A program made the translations under genes and the position numbers. From IMG/VR virus record IMGVR_UViG_3300042483_000388: a stretch of DNA of 64,000 nucleotides, one strand, 5' to 3'. Positions 36,301 to 46,537 of this stretch are shown here, one piece after another. Origin of the DNA: a virus. Lineage: Duplodnaviria; Caudoviricetes. The notes below the pieces were generated by a model, which was not told the DNA's origin, ran no database searches, and saw nothing but the letters and a program-made list of their open reading frames with translations. How positions within the stretch are numbered: the first letter of the stretch is position 1; each line of letters opens with the position of its first letter.

Positions 36301-37044
36301 TTATTTTTTTAAAATTTCTTGAACCAAATCAAAATATAATTTTTTATATTTTTTAATCATAGTTCTTATCTCCTTAGTTGATAGATTTGTCATTTCCCTA
36401 AGTTCAAATAAAATAATATTTTTATTAAACTTATTATTGTTTGTGTCCGGAAAAATTGTTCCGTAATTCTCAAACAAATCATATATTGCAGACCCTAATT
36501 TGTGCTCTTGTTCGTCACAATCTTTTTGGTTTAAATTTTCCTTTAATCTTTGTAAAAATTTTTTAATAATATATTCAGAGTTTATTTCATCATTTTCTAT
36601 AATATAGGATAATTCTGGCCTATTTGATAAATCGGAAGATATATCTTCATAAGATATCTTTCTATTCATTTCTTTTTGATCTTTCATTATCTGACCCATA
36701 AGATAATTTTTACAAATAGTCCCAAAATATGAGTATGCCTTTTTTTCTTTTGAGGGCTTAAATTTGTCCATTTTTGTCATAAGAAAAGAATGTGTGTCGG
36801 CATGAATTTCTTCATAATTCATGTCTTTCCTATATAGTTTATACCTTCTAATAATTGAAGATATCATCTTATCTAAAGGGTCTTTTAAGAACTCATTATA
36901 TATTTTATTTCTTTCTCCGTTACTTTCTGTAACTAAAAATAATCTAACTGCGTCCTCTTCTCGCACATCAAAATAATTATTTGTTGTTGGTTTTCTACCT
37001 TTCTTTTTCTTTTCTATGGTTGGATCAATCTCAAGTTCTATCAT
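36301..37044 (-). CDS. phage sigma-factor-like protein (gp55-like late sigma candidate)
   Basis: PLDKMISSII...FKPSKEKKAYSYFGTICKNYL resembles sigma region 2 of T4 gp55-type factors. Confidence 0.7.
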   Translation of the reverse strand: MIELEIDPTIEKKKKGRKPTTNNYFDVREEDAVRLFLVTESNGERNKIYNEFLKDPLDKMISSIIRRYKLYRKDMNYEEIHADTHSFLMTKMDKFKPSKEKKAYSYFGTICKNYLMGQIMKDQKEMNRKISYEDISSDLSNRPELSYIIENDEINSEYIIKKFLQRLKENLNQKDCDEQEHKLGSAIYDLFENYGTIFPDTNNNKFNKNIILFELREMTNLSTKEIRTMIKKYKKLYFDLVQEILKK

Positions 37045-37850
37045 TAAGCATTTTGTGGTTCATAATTTATGTCCCTTTGGGTGGTAAAAAAACATTCTTT
37101 TTTTGCTGATTCTATCCAGAATCTAGCTTCTTCTGAATCCATACTATTAGCACCATTTTTATAATTCCAAAAAATTGATCCTTCTCTTAAATTCATATGT
37201 TTGTAACCAATTTTTGGTATAGTTAAAATTTTTGCCGAATTATGTGTCATTCTTAAGAAAAGTTCATAACCAAACGTTAACTTTATATTTGATTTCATTT
37301 TACCAACTCTCTCATACATTTCTTTTTTAAAGACCATACCTGAAGTTTGGAAGTTTTGAAATGTTTGTAAAGTTTCGTTTGTTAAATACCCCATATCAGA
37401 TGAAATATTTGCTGCGAATGTAGCCTCATTTGTAAACCCAGCAAAAACTAATTTATCATCAACATCAACCACAATTGGTAAAAAAGCGTCAATATCTTTA
37501 TAGATGGACATATATTTATGTGCATTTTTAAACCAAATGTTTGAATACTCATCATCGAACTCTAAAATTGAACACCATTCTGATTTGGCTAATTCAACAC
37601 CCCTATTAACTTGATTTGCGAAATTTGGATCCTCAGTCCAAGACTCGAGAACAACGGTCAATCCGCTAAAATCGTAGGCATTTAAATGGTTAGTTAAGTA
37701 TGGTTCATCACCGTGAACAATAATAAGCTCGTCCGCATTTTTATGTTGATGTTGTACGGATTGAATAGCTCTCGAAAAGAAGTCTTCAAAACCAATGGCT
37801 TTACCTGATTTTATAGGTAATATAACTGAAATTGTATTTTTATTTTCCAT
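37044..37850 (-). CDS. glycosyltransferase, GT2 family
   Basis: ISVILP, NRG, ILEFDD. Confidence 0.8.
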   Translation of the reverse strand: MENKNTISVILPIKSGKAIGFEDFFSRAIQSVQHQHKNADELIIVHGDEPYLTNHLNAYDFSGLTVVLESWTEDPNFANQVNRGVELAKSEWCSILEFDDEYSNIWFKNAHKYMSIYKDIDAFLPIVVDVDDKLVFAGFTNEATFAANISSDMGYLTNETLQTFQNFQTSGMVFKKEMYERVGKMKSNIKLTFGYELFLRMTHNSAKILTIPKIGYKHMNLREGSIFWNYKNGANSMDSEEARFWIESAKKECFFTTQRDINYEPQNA

Positions 37851-37852
37851 AA

Positions 37853-38908
37853 TTAAATTGTTTCAAATTTAGATAGTTGATCTTCAAAAGAAGTAAGTCT
37901 TGTTGACATAAGGTTGTTAAAAAGGTCTGTAGTGTTTTTTTCAAAACTCGACAAAGAAGGTAAAGAATTTACAGTTTCTTCCATTTTACTATAAAGTTCT
38001 GGATTGATGTTATCCTCTAACCAATTTTGTATAAAATCAGAAAGTACATCGTTCAATATTGTTTTATTGTTAATCCAAATACCATTATTTTCATCCATCC
38101 ATTCAGGAACGATATCAGGAACCAAACCAATAACAGGAATACCCATCTTCATTGACTCGAGTGGGAAAGTTCCGTAAGAACTTGATTGGTCAATCCAAAT
38201 AGAAACAAAACTATCCTTCATGGCTTCTGCGAATTCTTTTTCGGTTAAACCTCTTAAATCTCTAAAAGTAATCCATCTATATTGTGGGAACTTAGAGTAG
38301 AAAGTTTTTATAAGATTAACAGTATCTCTCTGATCTCTTGTATGAACATTAACAATTGTCTTGGGTGGAAATTCGGCTTTTTTGAAATTATCCGAAATTG
38401 ATGGTTGTAAAACATCTACGGAGATTTGTCTCATGACACCATTTATATATTCTTTTTGTTTTTCTGAGGTTGTTATACATTTATGAAAACCTAATTGAGA
38501 CCATGTTTGTCCTGGTTGTAAGGTCTCAAAAATATGGTCATATGCTTGACACAAAACAATTTTACCACAAGGTAATTTTGTAATTTGATCCATAATGAAA
38601 CCATAAATTTCAGGAATAATAATAAGGTCATCTGGAGATATCTCCAAATTTGTCCCGTCGATTGACGTATGCGGCAATTCCATATATTCCTCACCCATCC
38701 AATCAGAAACACCAAAATACTCTGGTTTCTCATGTAGAATAATAGGGTTATACCCATCTTTTTTTAATGCCATGGCCATCTCATAAATGTATCTTACGGA
38801 TGCCTTCACATTTCCTTTAGTATCTTGTACCACAAAATACAATCTTGATTTCTTTTCTTTCATGTTAGAAATCGACAATTCTAATTTTTGAATTTGTTCT
38901 TCGTTCAT
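37853..38908 (-). CDS. glycosyltransferase, GT-B (GT4-like)
   Basis: SSYGTFPLESMKMGIPVIG (GT-B ExxxG motif). Confidence 0.75.
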   Translation of the reverse strand: MNEEQIQKLELSISNMKEKKSRLYFVVQDTKGNVKASVRYIYEMAMALKKDGYNPIILHEKPEYFGVSDWMGEEYMELPHTSIDGTNLEISPDDLIIIPEIYGFIMDQITKLPCGKIVLCQAYDHIFETLQPGQTWSQLGFHKCITTSEKQKEYINGVMRQISVDVLQPSISDNFKKAEFPPKTIVNVHTRDQRDTVNLIKTFYSKFPQYRWITFRDLRGLTEKEFAEAMKDSFVSIWIDQSSSYGTFPLESMKMGIPVIGLVPDIVPEWMDENNGIWINNKTILNDVLSDFIQNWLEDNINPELYSKMEETVNSLPSLSSFEKNTTDLFNNLMSTRLTSFEDQLSKFETI

Positions 38909-38915
38909 ACTTAAA

Positions 38916-39173
38916 TTATAGTTTATTTATTATTTTTTTTACCAATAATGAATTGAATGCAATTTTAAATGGGATTGAAACTTCATTACTTTTCATCCCT
39001 AAATTCTCGTCAACAATCTCATCTTCTGTTAATACAATATCTACCAACATTTTTATTAGTTCATATTTAACTAAATGAATTTGAGAATCACCACTCACAC
39101 TTTTTAACTCTACCTCTTTATCAACCTTATCGATATCAATGTAATAGTTTTGACCAAACGTACTAAACAACAT
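38916..39173 (-). CDS. hypothetical protein
   Basis: 85-aa ORF in operon. Confidence 0.7.
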   Translation of the reverse strand: MLFSTFGQNYYIDIDKVDKEVELKSVSGDSQIHLVKYELIKMLVDIVLTEDEIVDENLGMKSNEVSIPFKIAFNSLLVKKIINKL

Positions 39174-39828
39174 GTTTTAGTTCTTTTATTAGTTTACCAA
39201 ATTCTGAAAGTGAAGTAATCTCATATTCAGAATTGATGTGTTTATTATACTCGGTGGTAAATTTAATGACCACCTTTCCTTCGTGTTTTTCTAATAGTAA
39301 GGTAGGATCCGCAGTAAGTAAAACATCTACTTGATCCCACATAGATTTTTTTGTAATTTCACTAAAGAAAAATACCTTTTCCAATAAACACCCAAATTTA
39401 GATAGGAAGAATAATGAGGATGGTTTTGATTTACCAATCTCACTTGACACAATCATTAATTCATTCTCATCTCTTAACTCAAGATACAAATCGTTTAACA
39501 TGTTAAATGTTGTCATCTCCGTTGATGGGGCGTGTCCGAATAATTCCATCGTATATTCCTCATACATAAATGAAAATAATTCCTCACTATTACGAAACGC
39601 AAAATGTTTGGTCAAGTCTAAAGAGTCAACGTCGGTTAGTTTTTTATATTCAAAAGGAATTACGTCGGACACCTCCAATTCAGTGTTTCCAGATATGTCC
39701 ACATTATATGTTTTACCTAAATACCCATCCGGATCACTTTCAATTAAGTGTTTTTCGTAAAGTTGTTCAAATTTGGTAATAGTATCCCTTAATACCCCAT
39801 TAATATCAATCCCTATTCTCTTTGTCAT
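39163..39828 (-). CDS. HAD-family 5'(3')-deoxyribonucleotidase-like protein
   Basis: RIGIDINGVLRD motif I variant. Confidence 0.65.
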   Translation of the reverse strand: MTKRIGIDINGVLRDTITKFEQLYEKHLIESDPDGYLGKTYNVDISGNTELEVSDVIPFEYKKLTDVDSLDLTKHFAFRNSEELFSFMYEEYTMELFGHAPSTEMTTFNMLNDLYLELRDENELMIVSSEIGKSKPSSLFFLSKFGCLLEKVFFFSEITKKSMWDQVDVLLTADPTLLLEKHEGKVVIKFTTEYNKHINSEYEITSLSEFGKLIKELKHVV

Positions 39829-40552
39829 ATTCTGATAATATTTTAGTAATTAATGGGTTTCTAACGTTCTTAGCGTCCCTAAAATCATAAACACCAATGT
39901 CCGGAACATTACTGAATTTTTGTATTGCGTCGTATAGTCCTGATTGTTTTTTATCTTTATACCTATCCGTCTGCTCAAGATCACCAGATATAAAGAATTT
40001 ACTATTATACCCTATCCTTGTCAATAGTAGTTTCATTTGATTGGGGGTTGAATTTTGAGCCTCCTCAAAAATTAGGATTGAGTTGTCTATATTCATACCT
40101 CTCATATAGGCTAAAGCAAACACCTCAATAATTTCGGCCTTCTTTAATTCTTCCCTTGATTCTTTACCAATAATTTTATTTAATAAATAATAGGAGGGGA
40201 ATATATATGGATCCAATTTTTCTTCAAGACCTCCGGGAAGGCTACCTAATTTCTCTTCTGCCTCAACCGCCGGTCTAACAATTATTATTTTCTCATATGA
40301 GTTGTTTGTATCCACTAAAAGATCGACTGCCGCCTTCATTGCGATAAAACTCTTACCAACACCTGCAGGTCCCGAAGCAACCGTAATTTGATTATTCTTT
40401 AAAATGTTATAATAATCTTCTTGGTGTTCAGATAAAAATTTATTTTTTTGTTTCCGTTTAATTATTGAGTTAATTAAATCCTTTTTTGAAAAAGGTTTAG
40501 AATCTTTAGTCTCCAATTTAATTATTGGATCTGGTTTTTTTCTTATTGCCAT
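39806..40552 (-). CDS. phoH: PhoH family ATPase
   Basis: GPAGVGKS, RPAVEAEEKLGSLPG, YMRG, EEAQN, GDLEQTD. Confidence 0.92.
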   Translation of the reverse strand: MAIRKKPDPIIKLETKDSKPFSKKDLINSIIKRKQKNKFLSEHQEDYYNILKNNQITVASGPAGVGKSFIAMKAAVDLLVDTNNSYEKIIIVRPAVEAEEKLGSLPGGLEEKLDPYIFPSYYLLNKIIGKESREELKKAEIIEVFALAYMRGMNIDNSILIFEEAQNSTPNQMKLLLTRIGYNSKFFISGDLEQTDRYKDKKQSGLYDAIQKFSNVPDIGVYDFRDAKNVRNPLITKILSEYDKENRD

Positions 40553-40555
40553 ATT

Positions 40556-40999
40556 TTAATTAATAAATCTTTTTTTACTCTCACCATCATAGATTTTTTT
40601 TCTAAGGTTTGTTGTTGAGTAATTATGGTCACGTTTATTGTATATAATTCTAATCCCCCTCTTTTGACAAATACTTTTTCCCGTGTAGTCAATGTCTTTA
40701 TAATCCTCACCAATTATTCGGACATCTAAATCCAATGAACTAAAAAGTTCTTCTAACTCATCTTCAGTATTGTAGGGGATTATCTTATCAACATATTTAA
40801 CCGCATCCAATTGCAAGTATCTTTCTACAAGGGATTGGATTGGTTTATTTTTATCTTTTCTATCTATTGTAGGATCGTTCTGTAATGCACATATTAAATA
40901 ATCACAATGTTTTTTACATTCTTCTAACATAATGATATGTCCTGTATGTAGGAGATCAAAAGTACTACATGTTATTCCTACCGTTTTATTTTTTTCCAT
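40556..40999 (-). CDS. cytidylyltransferase (TagD/RfaE-like)
   Basis: TFDLLHTGH (HxGH); GEDY; RDHNYSTT. Confidence 0.88.
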   Translation of the reverse strand: MEKNKTVGITCSTFDLLHTGHIIMLEECKKHCDYLICALQNDPTIDRKDKNKPIQSLVERYLQLDAVKYVDKIIPYNTEDELEELFSSLDLDVRIIGEDYKDIDYTGKSICQKRGIRIIYNKRDHNYSTTNLRKKIYDGESKKRFIN

Positions 41000-41966
41000 A
41001 ATATTCTAACCAATAATTTATCATTTCATCTAACATTGTTTCAAATGTATATTTTGGTTTCCATTTTAACTCATTTCTAAGTTTAGATGAATCACCTTTT
41101 AAATCATAAAGTTCCTCAGGTCTAAAATGTTTTTCATTGACTTCAATATAATTAGTAAAATCTAAACCTATTTTTGAAAATGTGTAGTCACATAAATCTT
41201 TTACTGAGTGAGATATACCGGTAGAGCACACATAATCATCTGGTTTGTCAGTTTGTAACATCATCCACATTGCTTCAACATAATCTTTAGCGTGACCCCA
41301 ATCTCTTGTAGCGTCTAAATTGCCTAAATATAACTTATCTTGTAACCCTAATTTAATTCTAACCGCAGCTTTTACGACTTTATTGGTTACGAAATTTGTC
41401 CCTCTTCTTGGTGATTCGTGGTTGAATAATATTCCATTCCATATTTTCATACCATAAGAGTTTCTATAATTTCTACAAATGTTGTATGAAAATACTTTAG
41501 CACAACCATATGGTGAGACCGGATTTAATTGTGTTGTTTCTCTTTGGAACCCGTCATCATCAATAGTATTACCAAACATTTCTGATGATGAAGCTTGATA
41601 AATTTTTATTTTTGTGTCAACTAATTTACATGCTTCTAAAACGTTTAATGTTCCTAAACCAGTTACATTTGCCGTATATATTGGTTGGTCAAAAGATATT
41701 CTAACGTGAGATTGTGCTGCCAAATTATAAACCTCTTGAGGTTTAATTTCACTAATTACTCTAATTATTGATGATAAGTCGGTTAGATCTGCGTAATGTA
41801 AATTTAATTTATCGAAAACACTATCTAATCTTGATGTTTGATTTTCAGATACCGAATTTCTTTTTAAAGTTCCATGAACTTCATACCCTTTTTCTAATAA
41901 TAACTCAGCAAGATATGATCCGTCTTGACCATTTATCCCTGTAATGAGTGCCACTTTTTTATCCAT
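40986..41966 (-). CDS. gmd: GDP-mannose 4,6-dehydratase
   Basis: GINGQDGSYL, LAAQSHV, ASSSEMFG, YGCAK, FNHESPRRG. Confidence 0.95.
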   Translation of the reverse strand: MDKKVALITGINGQDGSYLAELLLEKGYEVHGTLKRNSVSENQTSRLDSVFDKLNLHYADLTDLSSIIRVISEIKPQEVYNLAAQSHVRISFDQPIYTANVTGLGTLNVLEACKLVDTKIKIYQASSSEMFGNTIDDDGFQRETTQLNPVSPYGCAKVFSYNICRNYRNSYGMKIWNGILFNHESPRRGTNFVTNKVVKAAVRIKLGLQDKLYLGNLDATRDWGHAKDYVEAMWMMLQTDKPDDYVCSTGISHSVKDLCDYTFSKIGLDFTNYIEVNEKHFRPEELYDLKGDSSKLRNELKWKPKYTFETMLDEMINYWLEYYGKK

Positions 41967-43107
41967 TTACGATATTTGTAATTATTTTAATTTGATCTTC
42001 AGTTAAATCTTGGTGGTTTGGTATATAAAACCCAAATTCATTAATTTTTTCACAATTTGGTAAACTAACTTTACCAAATCTTTCATACCACATTGGTTTT
42101 TTTGACATATCACCAGCAATCAAAGGTCTAACTTCAATTCCTTCTGACGTTAATCTATCAACTATTTCTTTTTTATTTTTGGACACAATAGGTAGTGCAA
42201 AATTTGAAACAAAATCACCCTCTCTCTCAAATAAATTTAATTCGTTAATCTTAATTAAATTATTATATTGTTTAAAATTAATGTTCCTTAATTTTGAATA
42301 GTTGTCTAATTTGTCCAATGATCTAATACCAATAAATGCCTGTAAATCAGTTGATCTTAAATTAAGTCCTGGTACGTAAAAATTATATAAAGAATCAAAA
42401 TCACTAACTGAGTATTTTTCCCTTAATTCTTTTTGTTTCCATTCAGGTAGATCCCTATCCCAACCGTGACTCCTCATCATTAGTAATAGGTGGTAAAAAT
42501 CCTCATCATTTGTGTTAATAAATCCACCCTCAATTGTACTTAAGTGATGACCAAAATACATTGAGAAAAATGATGCGAACCCAAATGAACCTAAATATTT
42601 TCCTTGGAATTTAGATCCCATACTTTCACAAACGTCCTCAAATAATATAACTTCGTATTTTTCACAAAGTGATAAAACTTTATCCATCTCAGGAACTAAA
42701 CCTAATGGGGAAACAAGTATCATAGATGAAGGATTATGGATTTTAAATAAATCTTCAAGGTAATTTAAGTCACACGATAAATCGGTTAAGTTACAATCAC
42801 ACATTATTGGTTCCATACCTAATAAAATTGGTGAACTAACGTCAGTTGCCCAACTCAAACTTGGGATAATAATCTTTTTATTTTTTATCTTTTTACTCTC
42901 GAGTAATGCCGCCAATGCCAATAGAATTGCTGACGATCCTGAGTTAACATAAACAGAATATTTTGTCCCTATTTTTTTTGCCCATTTAGATTCTAATTCC
43001 CAAGTCAAATCACCCTTAGTTAATCTTGGTATTTCTGATTGACTTAACCACTCAATCAAAGAATTAATATCATCTTTGTTTATGGTGTCACTTACTAATT
43101 TTATCAT
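41959..43107 (-). CDS. PLP-dependent GDP-4-keto-6-deoxymannose 3-dehydratase (ColD-like; DegT fold)
   Basis: EDVCES; SMYFGHHLSTIEGG has His instead of the Schiff-base Lys; RSHGWDRDLP. Confidence 0.75.
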   Translation of the reverse strand: MIKLVSDTINKDDINSLIEWLSQSEIPRLTKGDLTWELESKWAKKIGTKYSVYVNSGSSAILLALAALLESKKIKNKKIIIPSLSWATDVSSPILLGMEPIMCDCNLTDLSCDLNYLEDLFKIHNPSSMILVSPLGLVPEMDKVLSLCEKYEVILFEDVCESMGSKFQGKYLGSFGFASFFSMYFGHHLSTIEGGFINTNDEDFYHLLLMMRSHGWDRDLPEWKQKELREKYSVSDFDSLYNFYVPGLNLRSTDLQAFIGIRSLDKLDNYSKLRNINFKQYNNLIKINELNLFEREGDFVSNFALPIVSKNKKEIVDRLTSEGIEVRPLIAGDMSKKPMWYERFGKVSLPNCEKINEFGFYIPNHQDLTEDQIKIITNIVNG

Positions 43108-43178
43108 GATCTTTTTTTTATTAATCGTAATTGATGATTGATTTAAGTAAATTAAAGATAAATCTATTTTTTATTGTC

Positions 43179-43952
43179 TTAAACGTCTTCCCATGTGTGT
43201 AATGATATTGACACTGAATCATTATTTTTATAGTCATCTAAAATTTTAATAATTTCTTGTTCGGTATAATTTAAAGGATATGTCTTACCCATTAATGTTG
43301 TTTGTACGTTTTTTTCTATATGATACCCTAAATCATGTTTGAGGCACCAATTTGCATAACAATCTTGTTCAGTAGGGTAACTACTTAAATTAATGTTTTC
43401 ACATGCAACTTTAAAAAAATGATTAAAATTATCGTAATTTCCTAACATTTTTTTGGTTAGTCTTTTATCGTACATCATAAAATCAATTATAAATGAGTCA
43501 TCACCAACTCTTTCTAAATCAAACATTTTTTTACTAAAATTAAAATAAGGTTGATGATAATGAGAATGTTGGGGTGACATAAAAAATATTGGTTTATTAT
43601 CAGTTGTAAACAAATTAATAGGTTTTACAAAAAAGTTATCCGACTGTATGTCTAAATAATAGTTTTGTTCGGTTACATCTTGAAATAAGGCGATAAACGT
43701 TGCGAAACACCAATTTTTTCTATACGGGATATTATTTCTGTCACACCCTGGAAATACATCATCATCTTTAACTACCACAATTTTGTCTTCATAATCAGTG
43801 CCCTCAGGTTTATACCCGTCAGGATTTATTAAGAAGATTTTACTTGGTTGCGGATTTAAAAATTTTATCGAATTTATTACTAATTTTAATTTTACGTAAT
43901 CTTTCGTTCCTGATTTTATGGTAACATCATACTTATTTGATTCTTTCATCAA
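43179..43952 (-). CDS. putative GT-A fold glycosyltransferase
   Basis: KDYVKLKLVINSI; YLDIQSDNFFVKP; PTEQDCY. Confidence 0.55.
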   Translation of the reverse strand: MMKESNKYDVTIKSGTKDYVKLKLVINSIKFLNPQPSKIFLINPDGYKPEGTDYEDKIVVVKDDDVFPGCDRNNIPYRKNWCFATFIALFQDVTEQNYYLDIQSDNFFVKPINLFTTDNKPIFFMSPQHSHYHQPYFNFSKKMFDLERVGDDSFIIDFMMYDKRLTKKMLGNYDNFNHFFKVACENINLSSYPTEQDCYANWCLKHDLGYHIEKNVQTTLMGKTYPLNYTEQEIIKILDDYKNNDSVSISLHTWEDV

Positions 43953-44871
43953 TTAAACTTATTTGTTTTTTATATTCTAACAATCCTTCAAATGTTTCTG
44001 GGGAAATATAGTTGATAATACTCATAGGGTTCTCCTTTAAATCTTTTAATAGATTTAAAGTGTGTACATTACCTAATATCTCGTCCTTAAAATCTTTTGT
44101 TTCATCATGAACATGTCTATCGTGTCTTACATCGACTTCAGTGTATACCATTTTAAATCCACAAGATTGGTTATAAAAAGATGCCCAAATATCTGTCATT
44201 CTTCCTGTTCTAGCCATCATAAAATATTCTTTGGATGCTTTTCTTGATAAAATAGTATTTTGTGAATTAAATGGTGAAAATGTGTTTGTTGAGATTGGGA
44301 AACCAATTTTTAAAAAGTCACATTTTGGTAAATGTTCCATCCTACAAATTGCATCAATATCTGGTTCATTATTCCAAAGACCTGATTGTACATCGGGTAT
44401 AACCACTTTTTTATTCATTACATATTCATTTCTATTTTTTAATAATTGTAATGGATATCCTCTATGCCACAATTGAGGGTAATTTGTATGGTAAAGAGGG
44501 TCAAAACATAATCTATTAGTTTCATAATGAAAAACTTCAACTTCCTTACCTATTAAAATATTTTTACCCCAATTTTCTAAAGGGACATTATCATCATCAA
44601 CAATAGCGATTAAATCGGCACCTCTTTCATATGCTTCTAACACACCTAAAGTTTTTCTTTCGGCGCAATTCCACCCAATAAGGTTACTTAAAGTTGGCCA
44701 TTTGGTACTTTGATATTCAATTGTTAAATAATCACAATTTATCTCATCATATAATTCTTTTGGTGTTTTAAGATCTCCAACAACAATAAAATCCCACCCT
44801 TCCATGTTTGAATACTTAATTGTTGCCTCAGTTGGTGCGCTTATAGTCGTTGTTACAATTATTTTTTTCAT
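43933..44871 (-). CDS. STELLO/RGP-like GT-A protein
   Basis: IVTTTI, VVGDLKTP, IVDDDN, RGYP, PDIDAI, SPFNSQNT, DIWASF. Confidence 0.7.
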   Translation of the reverse strand: MKKIIVTTTISAPTEATIKYSNMEGWDFIVVGDLKTPKELYDEINCDYLTIEYQSTKWPTLSNLIGWNCAERKTLGVLEAYERGADLIAIVDDDNVPLENWGKNILIGKEVEVFHYETNRLCFDPLYHTNYPQLWHRGYPLQLLKNRNEYVMNKKVVIPDVQSGLWNNEPDIDAICRMEHLPKCDFLKIGFPISTNTFSPFNSQNTILSRKASKEYFMMARTGRMTDIWASFYNQSCGFKMVYTEVDVRHDRHVHDETKDFKDEILGNVHTLNLLKDLKENPMSIINYISPETFEGLLEYKKQISLIDERIK

Positions 44872-45782
44872 AGTTCGTTTTTATAAGTATTATAATGACA
44901 TTTAATTCCTTCTTTTAAAGTTGTAAATTTATAATCAGGTATTAGTTTTCTAAACTTAGTAATATCCAAATCTTTCCTATATTGACCATTTGGTTTTGAT
45001 TTATCGTATCTTATCTCAAGTTTTGAGTTTGTTGCTTCTAAAGCAATTTCAGCAATTTGGTTAATTGTAATATTTTCCTCAGTTGCTAAATTAAATGATT
45101 CGGTTATATCTCTGTCAATAATTATTTTTATTATATTTGCAATATCATTTGCGTGTATAAATTGTCTTAGGGATTCTCCATTACCATATAAAGTTATATG
45201 ATCTTCATTATTTTTATTTGCTTCAAAAATTTTTTTAATAAGTGCTGTCACAAAATGACTTCTATTTTCGTCGTCTTTGTCTGATTCACCATATAAATTA
45301 CAAGGCGATATGTAACTATAATTGGTTTCATATTGTTCATTACAGGTGTCAATTTGAACCGCAAGAGATCTTTTTGCCATACCATATGAAAAGTTAGTTT
45401 TAGTTGGTGGTCCATTATGTAAAACATCCTCTTTCATAGGGTATTCATCCACTGTGTCAGGAAATATACAACTACTTAATACACCTAAAAATCTTTTTAC
45501 ACGATTAAGTCTTGCGTACTTAACCATTAATGTATTCATTAAAATATTGTCCTCAAAGTACTCTAAAGGGTGGTTAATATTATCAATTATTCCGCCTACC
45601 CTTGCGGCGAGATGTACCACATAGTCAGGTTCTAATTCTTTATATAATCGTATTACTTCCGATTCTAAAATTAAGTTATAATCTTTTGATGAAAGAAAAG
45701 TCGCATTTGGCATAATTTTTTTTAAGTGATTACCGACCAAACCAGAACCACCTGTTACTACTATTTTCATATTTTTATCCAA
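44868..45782 (-). CDS. fcl: GDP-L-fucose/GDP-L-colitose synthase (Fcl/ColC family)
   Basis: GGSGLVG, HLAARVGG, SSCIFP, YGMAKR, NLYG. Confidence 0.85.
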   Translation of the reverse strand: MDKNMKIVVTGGSGLVGNHLKKIMPNATFLSSKDYNLILESEVIRLYKELEPDYVVHLAARVGGIIDNINHPLEYFEDNILMNTLMVKYARLNRVKRFLGVLSSCIFPDTVDEYPMKEDVLHNGPPTKTNFSYGMAKRSLAVQIDTCNEQYETNYSYISPCNLYGESDKDDENRSHFVTALIKKIFEANKNNEDHITLYGNGESLRQFIHANDIANIIKIIIDRDITESFNLATEENITINQIAEIALEATNSKLEIRYDKSKPNGQYRKDLDITKFRKLIPDYKFTTLKEGIKCHYNTYKNEL

Positions 45783-46537
45783 TTATCACAATAAATATCA
45801 TTAGTGGGAACGTCCAATAATTTCCCAAACCAAATAGATGGTGATATTATTTTTTTATTTATGTTATTATTTAACCAAGCTCCCCACCAACTAAATGTTG
45901 AGTTTGATATTATATTATGATCACATAACGACATCATATATAAGTCATTAATATTACCTTCATTTTCAATATAATTGATGTTATTAAAATTTAAATTGTT
46001 TTTACACCAATTTATATCATCAGAAAAAATTGCAACATTTATATTGTTATTGTTTATTATGTCATAACCATCTTTATAATAATTAATTGTTTGTGTCGGG
46101 TGGTGATCTGGTAGGTTTAAATAATCACCTCTTCTAACATGAATACATAATGTCGGTTCATTTAAAAATATATATTTTTTAAAAAAATATTCTTTTAAAT
46201 TTTCAGGTATACTTAATTCTTCTCTAATTATTTTTTTGTTTTCCTTAAAATATTTTTCAGACTGCCAATAACCATCTAAATATGAGTTATCGTTAATTTC
46301 TTTGTATGTAAAATTGTCAATAACTCTGTTTAGTTGTGTATTATTTGTTGAGGAGTTAATTATTATATTTTTGAATTTATCTAATTCCATTCCTCGACTA
46401 TTCACATCAAAACTACTTTTACCAATATGTGTTAAATCAAAATAATATTCGGTATTGTATTTAATTGAAAGATTTCTAGTGACTGCCCATTGAAATAATT
46501 GATTACCCAACCCTCCTTGTAGTTTTGTTGTTATCAT
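45767..46537 (-). CDS. alpha-1,2-fucosyl(colitosyl)transferase, GT11
   Basis: GGLGNQLFQ, GYWQSEKYF, HVRRGDY, NSTFSWWGAWL. Confidence 0.92.
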   Translation of the reverse strand: MITTKLQGGLGNQLFQWAVTRNLSIKYNTEYYFDLTHIGKSSFDVNSRGMELDKFKNIIINSSTNNTQLNRVIDNFTYKEINDNSYLDGYWQSEKYFKENKKIIREELSIPENLKEYFFKKYIFLNEPTLCIHVRRGDYLNLPDHHPTQTINYYKDGYDIINNNNINVAIFSDDINWCKNNLNFNNINYIENEGNINDLYMMSLCDHNIISNSTFSWWGAWLNNNINKKIISPSIWFGKLLDVPTNDIYCDNWIKI

